DNA of 35,009 nucleotides from a virus (Duplodnaviria; Heunggongvirae; Uroviricota; Caudoviricetes): IMG/VR virus record IMGVR_UViG_3300031857_024897, positions 113,746 to 148,754 of that record; one strand, 5' to 3'. Shown piece by piece: positions 1 to 7,614 of this stretch (position 1 is its first letter; each line of letters starts with the position of its first letter). The notes under the pieces were generated by a model. It saw only the letters and a program-made list of their open reading frames with translations, ran no database searches and was not told where the DNA came from. The position numbers and the translations under genes were made by a program.

Positions 1-1
1 A

Positions 2-559
2 CTAAAAAACATTTTAACGATTACTGTCGCATTATTTATCGGATTTACTATTGGTTACTATAAAAAAATATCTGAATTATTAACGAATAAGCCCGTTCCA
101 AAAGTTATCCAACATCAAAAAGATGATTCCCCAATTTCAATTAAGATGTATAATACCATCCGCGAGAAATCAAGAGAGTATCAGATACCTACATACATTG
201 CATTCAACATAGCGTACCTGGAAACCAGGTATAGAGGCCCGTTCGATTCAAAATATAACCCAGCATTAATTTCATCAGTAGGAGCTGTGGGTCCAATGCA
301 ATTAAGAGAATCAACAGCAGAATTTATTACTAAAAGAGATATAGATAACGAACAACTTAAAAACGACATATCTCTTAATGTAGAAATTAGCATGAAACTT
401 TTAAAATATCTTTACGATAGATACGGATCATGGGAAATAGCGTGTAGCTACTATAACACAGGTAAGGCCAAAAAAAATAGTTTCGGATCTTATTGTGTAG
501 AAAATGTTGACTACACATATAAATGGGAAAATTATAATAAAACCATTTTCACGCCATAA
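2..559 (+). CDS. Lytic transglycosylase (SLT family) with N-terminal hydrophobic segment; 5' partial
   Basis: Motifs IAYLETRY (catalytic Glu), GAVGPMQL and YYNTG. The frame is open from nt 2 (LKNILTITVALFIGFTIGYYKK...), so the gene starts left of the window rather than at 146. Confidence 0.88.
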   Translation, partial: LKNILTITVALFIGFTIGYYKKISELLTNKPVPKVIQHQKDDSPISIKMYNTIREKSREYQIPTYIAFNIAYLETRYRGPFDSKYNPALISSVGAVGPMQLRESTAEFITKRDIDNEQLKNDISLNVEISMKLLKYLYDRYGSWEIACSYYNTGKAKKNSFGSYCVENVDYTYKWENYNKTIFTP

Positions 560-1137
560 TATACACCATCTCTATATTCTATTAGATAATATACATTTAA
601 CCCCCCCCTATTTCTTCCCCTTATATTAGCCAAATATTCGGCGTCTAATGGACTATCATGTATCGAGAGTACGACACCAAAGGGTGTTATTAATATCGCC
701 CTGTAAGCCAAGCTACGGCTAAAATTAACGATGCTATCCTGAACGACAATAGTATCGTTACCAGGGTGATCAGGAAACCTACAGCCCCTAACGATATATT
801 TGTAATGGCTAAAATATACAAGCCCATTAAAGTCATAATCGGCTTTCTTTAGGTATACTGTTCCAATAGAATCAAAATTTAAAATGTATGTCTCTGAGTA
901 AGATAGAGAGTCATATGGGGGATCAAAAACATAATCCTCAGGTATTGTGCTGTAGTCGCAAGTCGTACTATCAATAACGTATACTACGCCATTCTGCCTT
1001 AAAGTACCACCTAAGTGCTGCTCGTTAGTTAGATGCAAAGTATCACCCCTACAAACAAAAATTGTCGTATCAACAGCTTGTGCTAATGATACGACAAAGT
1101 TTGTTACAAATAGAATTATAGTTATAAATGTCTTCAT
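532..1137 (-). CDS. Secreted protein, Sec signal peptide, possible T9SS-type C-terminal domain
   Basis: MKTFITIILFVTNFVVSLA|Q signal peptide; C-terminus ...ILITPFGVVL...GLNVYYLIEYRDGVYYGVKMVLL-stop. Confidence 0.7.
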   Translation of the reverse strand: MKTFITIILFVTNFVVSLAQAVDTTIFVCRGDTLHLTNEQHLGGTLRQNGVVYVIDSTTCDYSTIPEDYVFDPPYDSLSYSETYILNFDSIGTVYLKKADYDFNGLVYFSHYKYIVRGCRFPDHPGNDTIVVQDSIVNFSRSLAYRAILITPFGVVLSIHDSPLDAEYLANIRGRNRGGLNVYYLIEYRDGVYYGVKMVLL

Positions 1138-1162
1138 AATTATAACTATCGCAAAAAATCAA

Positions 1163-1336
1163 TTAAGACGTTTTTGGCGGATAAACTTTAGGCCTACGTC
1201 TAGGTTTGTAAGACTTTTTTTTAACCGGCTTAGCCAAAAGCTCTGTCTCAGAAAAATCCTTCACATAGTTATTCGTAATAGGATTAGTTCGGTTAAATAG
1301 TTTTGAAAATGTTTTTTTAAAAAATTCTAGGATCAT
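1163..1336 (-). CDS. Small protein (57 aa) with basic C-terminal tail, not in ORF track
   Basis: Manual translation MILEFFKKTFSKLFNRTNPITNNYVKDFSETELLAKPVKKKSYKPRRRPKVYPPKTS; fills the gap between co-oriented genes. Confidence 0.6.
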   Translation of the reverse strand: MILEFFKKTFSKLFNRTNPITNNYVKDFSETELLAKPVKKKSYKPRRRPKVYPPKTS

Positions 1337-1340
1337 AATA

Positions 1341-1562
1341 TTATTTTGTTTCTTTTAATTTGTTAATCTTTCGAGAAAGATACCATACAGCTTTCTCCAA
1401 ATCTTCAATTTCTTTACTTGGATCTTTCTTGCCGGATCTAACTATGTATTTCAAAGCATTTCCATTGTGGAAGTCTAAATTGTAGTGTTCTATGATTTTA
1501 ATTACTTCAAATGGATTGTCCGCACCCCCATAGTGCTCCGGGTGATCTACGTTTTTATTCAT
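1341..1562 (-). CDS. DUF3310 family protein (related to T7 gp1.7 nucleotide kinase domain)
   Basis: Signature VDHPEHY...EVIKII...FHNGNALKYIVRSGKK...EDLEKAVWYL. Confidence 0.88.
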   Translation of the reverse strand: MNKNVDHPEHYGGADNPFEVIKIIEHYNLDFHNGNALKYIVRSGKKDPSKEIEDLEKAVWYLSRKINKLKETK

Positions 1563-1566
1563 ATAT

Positions 1567-2328
1567 TTAAGTTAATTTTTTGATTTCATTAATCTTAACC
1601 GACTGCATAATATATGACATAACTTTACGCTTAAAAAGCGGTGCCAATGTCTCTTCTATTGGGAAACTTTGGGGTATTTTAACAAAAAATACCGGTGCTT
1701 TTCGTTTATTCTTTGTTATCAACTTTGTTGAGTTAGAAATATGATAGTCCAGATCATATGACTTAGAGTCCCCAGAAAATATCAAATTTAAGTCAGTATT
1801 GTTCTCCGCGATAGTAAATACATTTTTGGTTATTAGATACTCCCAAATATATACATTATTATCCGTTTCATCAACATAAACTATCACACCAAAGTTATAA
1901 TTTTTTATGTTATTTTTATTCCTCTTAGGAATTAATTCGATATTATCATAGATATACGACCAATAATGCCTAACTATCTCAAAATACTCATAAATTTTCA
2001 TAGTAGAAAATTTAACTGAGTTAATAATTTCTATCTGCTCAACCTCGTTAAATTCTGGCAATTCTTTAAAACTCAAATCTTGTAATATAACTTCATCATC
2101 GTATGATTTAAATTTTTTATCAGTATAAACCATCATATGTTCGTGCATGATAGCGTGTAGATTAGCTAAGTGCAACGATATTTCTATAAATGTTGGATAC
2201 AATTTGTGCTCATTTATTAATGCATCAATTTTTTTTAGATACCCCAATAAAACATACTGCTTATGTTCAAAGTCTATCGGCTCCTGGATAACCCAATCTG
2301 TATCCATAATAAATTTAATTTTACTCAT
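1567..2328 (-). CDS. Hypothetical protein (253 aa)
   Basis: Long ORF packed 4 nt from the next gene; no motif recognised. Confidence 0.8.
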   Translation of the reverse strand: MSKIKFIMDTDWVIQEPIDFEHKQYVLLGYLKKIDALINEHKLYPTFIEISLHLANLHAIMHEHMMVYTDKKFKSYDDEVILQDLSFKELPEFNEVEQIEIINSVKFSTMKIYEYFEIVRHYWSYIYDNIELIPKRNKNNIKNYNFGVIVYVDETDNNVYIWEYLITKNVFTIAENNTDLNLIFSGDSKSYDLDYHISNSTKLITKNKRKAPVFFVKIPQSFPIEETLAPLFKRKVMSYIMQSVKINEIKKLT

Positions 2329-2350
2329 AAATCATATTCTAGTTCATAAT

Positions 2351-2358
2351 GATAAATA
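2351..2358 (-). promoter_or_regulatory. TATTTATC putative phage promoter motif
   Basis: gataaata on +, 22 nt upstream of the ATG at 2328; variant of the recurrent TATTTATA motif. Confidence 0.4.
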
Positions 2359-2372
2359 ATATTTTACTAATT

Positions 2373-3668
2373 TTAAAGTGAACCGCCATCTTCATAATAT
2401 ATATGATATCCAACTCTATTAATAACAGAATAACCTAAAGGCCCTTCACCATGTAAAATATATTGTTCTTCGCCGTCACTTCGAAGAACATCCATAACCC
2501 AAGCATTTTTATCTACAAATCCAGCTATAAATTTGGAATCATAGCCCATTTCCTTTAAAAAGCTAACCGGGTCATCTTTTATACTATCCAACCAGTTAGA
2601 GACATAGTTCTCAATAGCCTCTTCAGAATAAGTTTTTTCCTCTTCAATTGATTCTATTTCAGACTCTATCTCGGTTAACCTATCTCTAAGTTCCTCTATT
2701 TCATCTTCATCTTCCAATTCACCAATTTTATACTCTATTGTTTCTGCTTCACTTCTTAATATGTCAATTTCATTCATCTGACTTTCAGTTAGTTCCATAT
2801 CATCCTCATCTAAATAAGATTCCGGAGACTCTCTAACCCATTCATCTATGGTACCCTCAAAAGAATCTCTAACTTCATCACCGTCAACATAATAATCAAG
2901 ATCCATATTTGACATATCCATATCATCATATAAGCTATTAATATTTTCTGTCGCATATTGTGTACATTCGTCATCAGTAAGTACTATGAATGTCTTATCA
3001 TAGGCAGTAGTGTTCTCACCTTCAATCACAATATAATAGTCACGATTCGAACCATATCTAACTGGGAAGATAGAATATAATCCAAAATTATTTTCGTGCA
3101 ATTCATAAATCTCATTTTCAATTTCATCAATACGTTCTTTCAATTCTCCGTAAATAATGTTATCTTCACCAATACTTTCTAATCGACCTTGTAATTCTTC
3201 TAAATTAGTTTCTAAGGCTAATATCTTGTCTTGATATTCAGGGTCAATTATGTTCTCATCAACAAAATACTCATATAACGCATTAACTTTATTACTTTCT
3301 TCTGTATCATTTTCTATATTAAATAGACCTCTAACTTCATATAATTTCAGCTGTTCAAGACGGTCTTGCTTAATTTTACGTAATCTTTTACGCTCTAAAG
3401 GTGTATTTGAATCTGATGTATATCTACCAACCTTAATGTGACTGATGTTTGAAATATTGGTATTACTAATATTTAAGTAACCCTTAACTTCAATAATACC
3501 TTCTAAGTTATCAATATTTGAACGACTTAAATCTAGACTGTCTGTTATTATAATATTTTTATTCCTTATCTTTGGTAACTTAAGCACTAATCTTGGATTA
3601 CCCCCAGCAAATTTTAATAATTTACGATATTCTGCACTGGTTAATGATATAGTTTCTTTATCTTCCAT
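2373..3668 (-). CDS. Acidic protein with short N-terminal LRR-like repeats and duplicated helical hairpins
   Basis: N-terminal DSLDLSRSNIDNLEGIIEVKGYLNISNTNISNI; D/E-rich remainder with two similar coiled segments. Confidence 0.75.
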   Translation of the reverse strand: MEDKETISLTSAEYRKLLKFAGGNPRLVLKLPKIRNKNIIITDSLDLSRSNIDNLEGIIEVKGYLNISNTNISNISHIKVGRYTSDSNTPLERKRLRKIKQDRLEQLKLYEVRGLFNIENDTEESNKVNALYEYFVDENIIDPEYQDKILALETNLEELQGRLESIGEDNIIYGELKERIDEIENEIYELHENNFGLYSIFPVRYGSNRDYYIVIEGENTTAYDKTFIVLTDDECTQYATENINSLYDDMDMSNMDLDYYVDGDEVRDSFEGTIDEWVRESPESYLDEDDMELTESQMNEIDILRSEAETIEYKIGELEDEDEIEELRDRLTEIESEIESIEEEKTYSEEAIENYVSNWLDSIKDDPVSFLKEMGYDSKFIAGFVDKNAWVMDVLRSDGEEQYILHGEGPLGYSVINRVGYHIYYEDGGSL

Positions 3669-3696
3669 CGAATTTTCAATTTAATCTTTTTTGCTC

Positions 3697-3722
3697 TATT
3701 TATATATTTATAAATATAAATA
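3697..3722. promoter_or_regulatory. Divergent promoter region with TATTTATA on both strands
   Basis: TATTTATA at 3697-3704 and 3705-3712 (+); TATAAATA at 3709-3716 and 3715-3722; lies between divergent starts 3668(-) and 3762(+). Confidence 0.55.
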
Positions 3723-3761
3723 TTATTGCAATAAATAAACTAACACTAAAACAAATTAAAT

Positions 3762-3914
3762 ATGGGATGCGGATGCAAAAACAAAGGCAATAATGCCGAA
3801 CAACCAACAACTAACAGTACAACAACAAATACTCAACAGGCAACAAAGAGTGTAACAGAAAAGTTAAAAGAAGATATCCAACGTACTGTTAAAAAATACT
3901 ATAACAATAGATAG
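3762..3914 (+). CDS. Small protein (50 aa) beginning MGCGCK, not in ORF track
   Basis: MGCGCKNKGNNAEQPTTNSTTTNTQQATKSVTEKLKEDIQRTVKKYYNNR; A-rich initiation region upstream and a terminator directly downstream. Confidence 0.8.
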   Translation: MGCGCKNKGNNAEQPTTNSTTTNTQQATKSVTEKLKEDIQRTVKKYYNNR

Positions 3915-3917
3915 TAT

Positions 3918-3950
3918 AAAAAAACCGCAATAATTGTTGCGGTTTTTTTT
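3918..3950 (+). terminator. Intrinsic terminator (symmetric A/T tails)
   Basis: AAAAAAACCGCAA-TAATTG-TTGCGGTTTTTTTT, starting a few nt after the 3914 stop. Confidence 0.85.
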
Positions 3951-3956
3951 ATGTTA

Positions 3957-3964
3957 TATTTATA
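3957..3964 (+). promoter_or_regulatory. TATTTATA putative phage promoter motif
   Basis: Exact motif between the terminator and the ATG at 4006. Confidence 0.45.
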
Positions 3965-4005
3965 CTTATTTTTTTTTAATGTAAAATTATAAAAAAATAA
4001 TAATC

Positions 4006-4725
4006 ATGAGATTATCAAATAACATAACAAAACAAACTATCGTTAATTTATTGGCTGAATATATCTTAAATGAATTAGGCCCAGACACAGCAACTCAGAT
4101 AACAGTCATAGATCAAGGTAATTTTTTCGTCATATTAGGATGTACTAACACAAAAAAGAGTTTAAAACTCACAGAAATATTTATTCAATTTACCGATAAG
4201 TATTCAGATTTAATATCTGAAGCTAACTATCCAAAAGAACTAAGTTTTGTAAATTTTATTCGGGCATCTAATGAAGACGATTTAGTAACTTCTTGCGAAA
4301 TAAATCTATACAATACTGAAAGGCCTTCAATCAACACAATTTGCGTACCTGCCGGTTTGATCCCCATTCATACTCCAGATCTTTTGTCCTCCCAATTCCC
4401 ACATGGTTATGGGTTAAAAACTAACAGAGCATTATTATTATACTTTGAATATATTGCATATAATATAATGGACGGCACAAACACATCTGAGATGTGTATT
4501 TCTTTTCATAAAGAAAATGAATTCGAAGATAAATTACAGGTCAAGTCTGTATCTCTTAGAGACAATGAAAAAATAAAGTCCGCAATACTAGATTTATTCG
4601 ATCTAGATTACACTAAATTTATTAGTGAATATAATTCATATGATTTTACAGGCGAGGTATTAAACCCCATGATGGAGAAACCCTGGTTGAAAAAAGAAAT
4701 TGATACTATTGATCTATTAATCTAG
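4006..4725 (+). CDS. Degenerate, shortened S-adenosylmethionine synthetase (MetK)-fold protein
   Basis: IVNLLAEYILNEL...FFVILG resembles the MetK N-domain; KTNRALLLYFEYIAYNIM, LFDL and KPW resemble MetK KVDRS..RYVAKNIV, FFDL and PWE. GHPDK, GAGDQG and SGKD are absent. Confidence 0.65.
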   Translation: MRLSNNITKQTIVNLLAEYILNELGPDTATQITVIDQGNFFVILGCTNTKKSLKLTEIFIQFTDKYSDLISEANYPKELSFVNFIRASNEDDLVTSCEINLYNTERPSINTICVPAGLIPIHTPDLLSSQFPHGYGLKTNRALLLYFEYIAYNIMDGTNTSEMCISFHKENEFEDKLQVKSVSLRDNEKIKSAILDLFDLDYTKFISEYNSYDFTGEVLNPMMEKPWLKKEIDTIDLLI

Positions 4726-5010
4726 TATCAATTTCTTTTTTATTATTTCTATCCCTTCATCTATACCATGATAATGTTGATCCGGAGCATATAGTTCGCT
4801 ATCAAGATTACCTTTTTCGTCTGTCTTTATTATCATAAAAGATGGCACATATTCGTTCCCACCCACAGCCTCAACGAATAATTCGAATTCATCCGGATAA
4901 AGATCAATATCTCTATCGTGAAAAGAGATATTATTCTCTGTCAACATATCTTTCATCATCGTGCAGTATGGACACGATTTCATTGTAAATAAAACTAGTT
5001 CTCCCCCCAT
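4717..5010 (-). CDS. Glutaredoxin-like protein
   Basis: CPYC active site and VPSF cis-Pro motif. Confidence 0.88.
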   Translation of the reverse strand: MGGELVLFTMKSCPYCTMMKDMLTENNISFHDRDIDLYPDEFELFVEAVGGNEYVPSFMIIKTDEKGNLDSELYAPDQHYHGIDEGIEIIKKKLILD

Positions 5011-5318
5011 ATTGTCGCCATTTTAGTTATTTCTTCTTTAGACGTTATTCCTATTTTAGATTTTACTTCTTTACCTGAGTAAAATCCTTTAATTACCGGA
5101 ACACTTCTTATACCCAAAGACATTGATAATTCTATATCAGTATCTACATCAAAAGTATACAATTTAGTTTCGTTACCCTCATTCTCAAGTTTTTCCATAA
5201 CTTCCTCAAAAACAGGTTTAAGAACTTTACATGGCCCACACCATTGAGCATAAAACTCAACAAGGATTTTTTTATCTGAGTTTAGTAACTCTTTTAACTT
5301 ATCAGGACTAATATCCAT
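4995..5318 (-). CDS. trxA: Thioredoxin
   Basis: FYAQWCGPCK active site; IRSVP motif. Confidence 0.95.
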   Translation of the reverse strand: MDISPDKLKELLNSDKKILVEFYAQWCGPCKVLKPVFEEVMEKLENEGNETKLYTFDVDTDIELSMSLGIRSVPVIKGFYSGKEVKSKIGITSKEEITKMATIWGEN

Positions 5319-5676
5319 AATTTTTACTTTTATTTAGTTTATTTATCAGAATTTTTACAAATTCTAAATTTTCTTGCTGAAATATTATTGTTAACGAATA
5401 CCAAGAATTTTCATCCGAATTCCAATCTTTACCCATACTAGGGTTTGCCGGTACTCTACTCAAATATAAATATATATTTTTACCAAATTCTAAAATATAT
5501 TCATAGCCAACGATTTTAGAGTCATTATCCGAACTTTGCTGATATTGAGCTACAACTATTTTAAATTTATCTAATTCAAATATAGATTTGTTAAACGTAC
5601 CATTTATCGTAATGGTTGAATAGTCGTATTTCGACTCTTTATTTATTTTTTTTAAAAATTTTTTCAAAAAACTCAT
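5308..5676 (-). CDS. Hypothetical protein
   Basis: ORF track gives 5308..5706; likely start is MSFLKK at 5676 because the upstream part overlaps a hairpin. Confidence 0.7.
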   Translation of the reverse strand: MSFLKKFLKKINKESKYDYSTITINGTFNKSIFELDKFKIVVAQYQQSSDNDSKIVGYEYILEFGKNIYLYLSRVPANPSMGKDWNSDENSWYSLTIIFQQENLEFVKILINKLNKSKNYGY

Positions 5677-5687
5677 AATGAAAAATT

Positions 5688-5715
5688 TGGGAGGATATTT
5701 TTGCATATCCCCCCA
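5688..5715 (-). terminator. Probable terminator hairpin after the DUF932 gene
   Basis: Minus strand TGGGGGGATAT-GCAAAA-ATATCCTCCCA (one G-U pair) followed by AATTTTT; U-tract is slightly displaced. Confidence 0.5.
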
Positions 5716-5739
5716 TTTAAGCGGTTAACTTACAGTTTA

Positions 5740-6507
5740 TTATTGAAGATATTCTTCAGCCATCTTCCAAAGACCTGTATTAATATTGTTGATGAGTTTA
5801 ATGTCTGTCAAAAATCGAACAGAAGTACGTCTCTGAGTTCCGGTGGAATATGTGATACCTCCGCGTACAAAGTTTTCCTGAAGTGTATTAAATGTGTTCC
5901 AGAGATTAGGAACAACATCTTCATTCCTATTGGGCTTTACAAGTCTTTCAGGTGAAAGATTTTCAGGAATCCTTTCTTCTGGCCACCTTAGACTCATTGC
6001 TTTTCTAGCAAATTCATGTCGTTCATCATCAGTCATAATCCTTGACATCATTTCTTTGACATTTCCCTCAATCATTGGTAGCATTTCAGCGAAATTATCT
6101 GTAAGTTTTCGAACTTCAGATACATCGAAGTACTTGTGCTTCAAAGTAATTGTACCACTAAGTGATGTGGGCACTGTCAGACCATTAGAACAAGCCAGGC
6201 GGAAAAGACCAGCTTTAACTGAAAGAATGTTGCTACCATCATGTGAGTTAGATATTACAGCCTCAAACAGGCTATCACCAACAACTTTTGGAACACTTCC
6301 GTTCCTGAGCCTAATCTCATGCCTAGAATATTGGCCCCTACCAGTTTGTTTTGCACTAAAGATGTCCCATCCCTCAGCACTAAACTTCTCAAGAATATCT
6401 ATTGTTGGGACGAAAACATACTTGCTCGAAAGCTTTGGCGATGGTGAGGTTGTGAAAATAGACGGAACGTTAGTTCTGAGTGTTTCAAATTCAATTGGTG
6501 CTGCCAT
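5740..6507 (-). CDS. DUF932/DUF945 family protein
   Basis: SSKYVFVPT, EGW, RHEIRLR, NSHDG, AGLFRLACSNGL, LWNTFNTLQEN. Confidence 0.9.
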   Translation of the reverse strand: MAAPIEFETLRTNVPSIFTTSPSPKLSSKYVFVPTIDILEKFSAEGWDIFSAKQTGRGQYSRHEIRLRNGSVPKVVGDSLFEAVISNSHDGSNILSVKAGLFRLACSNGLTVPTSLSGTITLKHKYFDVSEVRKLTDNFAEMLPMIEGNVKEMMSRIMTDDERHEFARKAMSLRWPEERIPENLSPERLVKPNRNEDVVPNLWNTFNTLQENFVRGGITYSTGTQRRTSVRFLTDIKLINNINTGLWKMAEEYLQ

Positions 6508-6532
6508 GTGTCGTTGTTTTTTAATTGTGCTG

Positions 6533-6565
6533 CAAAGATACGATAATCGTATTCACAATTGCAAA
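6533..6565 (-). promoter_or_regulatory. Bacteroidota housekeeping-sigma promoter (-33 TTTG / -7 TAnnTTTG)
   Basis: Minus strand TTTG-N21-TATCTTTG, 25 nt upstream of the ATG at 6507; full consensus match. Confidence 0.85.
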
Positions 6566-6566
6566 T

Positions 6567-6848
6567 TTAATTTGAAGAAAAATTAAAGTTTTTTCCTGAG
6601 ACCGAAAATTTAACAATTTTAAAGCTATCAGGCGGATTTTCAAACCTAACATTAGATATTGACTCTAATTGTTTAATAGTTAACGTTGGATCACCGTTAT
6701 TATTATAATTTTTGTTTGCGATTTCACGAACTTTATCAAAAAATATTTCGTGCTCCATATCGCCAACTATTTTCTCAAATAACTCTAAATTTTTTTCAAA
6801 AAAGTTTTTAACCCCAGATAAGTATATATCGACCTCAATTTTACTCAT
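6567..6848 (-). CDS. Hypothetical protein (93 aa)
   Basis: ATG-started ORF, co-oriented with neighbours. Confidence 0.7.
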   Translation of the reverse strand: MSKIEVDIYLSGVKNFFEKNLELFEKIVGDMEHEIFFDKVREIANKNYNNNGDPTLTIKQLESISNVRFENPPDSFKIVKFSVSGKNFNFSSN

Positions 6849-6900
6849 ATTATTATTCTCAATTTACTTTAATATAACAATTAAATATATTTAATGTTAT

Positions 6901-7044
6901 ATGAAAACTAAAGGATGTACAAGCTGTAAAGAAAAAAACTACAACTCTAATTTTGGTGAAATAGCTTTAGCTATATACTTAGCCGGAACAATTATCTTAG
7001 GAAATATAGTGATAATTAAGTATATTATTAACTTAATTAAGTAG
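6901..7044 (+). CDS. Small CxxC plus single-TM membrane protein (47 aa), not in ORF track
   Basis: MKTKGCTSCKEKNYNSNFGEIALAIYLAGTIILGNIVIIKYIINLIK. Confidence 0.72.
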   Translation: MKTKGCTSCKEKNYNSNFGEIALAIYLAGTIILGNIVIIKYIINLIK

Positions 7045-7545
7045 CATATAAAATCCAAGACTACCACCATTTCGATTAATATCCGATAGTGATGTAACAT
7101 ACATTCCTTTAACAAAGAATTTTTCACTAAAGTTAGAATATATTACCACTTTATAGTCACCATCATAAAGTCTAAAATTTCTATAATTCTGATAACCTAT
7201 GGCCAGTTTACAAAAATTAGCGTTTAGTCCAACTTCAAAATCGCTGGCAGTACCTATTAGTCCTCTAATAAATAGGTTTTCCCTGGTATATTCAACGCCA
7301 ACTAGAGTACTAAAAATTCTCCAACGATCCGATTCAACATTGTTTTTTAGAACTAGATCTACATTTGAATTACATTCAACTATTGGCTTGAAATATTCAA
7401 ATTTATTTTCAAATTCAGCTCTAAAGGTGAAATTTGCGGTAGGAACTCTAGGACCGATTCCGCCGGTGAAACAAACATATTTATTAGATTGTGAATAACC
7501 AAAAATTGGTAAAAAAATTAGAAATACTTTAAAAAAAATTTTCAT
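7033..7545 (-). CDS. Exported beta-strand-rich protein, possible small outer-membrane beta-barrel
   Basis: Likely start MKIFFKVFLIFLPIFGYS|Q at 7545; alternating hydrophobic, Gly/aromatic-rich strands. Confidence 0.6.
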   Translation of the reverse strand: MKIFFKVFLIFLPIFGYSQSNKYVCFTGGIGPRVPTANFTFRAEFENKFEYFKPIVECNSNVDLVLKNNVESDRWRIFSTLVGVEYTRENLFIRGLIGTASDFEVGLNANFCKLAIGYQNYRNFRLYDGDYKVVIYSNFSEKFFVKGMYVTSLSDINRNGGSLGFYMLLN

Positions 7546-7614
7546 GCTTTTATATTGTGTTTTATGTGTAAATGACATTTTTTTTAATTTTTAACAACAC
7601 AAAAAATATTATAT

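Noticed and set aside
601-608. C8 tract (G8 on coding strand) just before the putative T9SS motif, as a phase-variation site
   Set aside because: Similar 7-bp tracts at 12681-12687 and 21432-21438 (in primase) simply encode Gly-Gly; there is no evidence of length variation.
4717-5318. Trx plus Grx pair as a novel redox system
   Set aside because: Common in large phages as ribonucleotide reductase reductants; canonical active sites.
5894-6586. Antisense ORFs (e.g. 5894..6586, 7199..7498, 22604..22903, 28073..28450)
   Set aside because: They lie opposite well-supported genes, have no motifs, and are explained by codon structure of the real strand.
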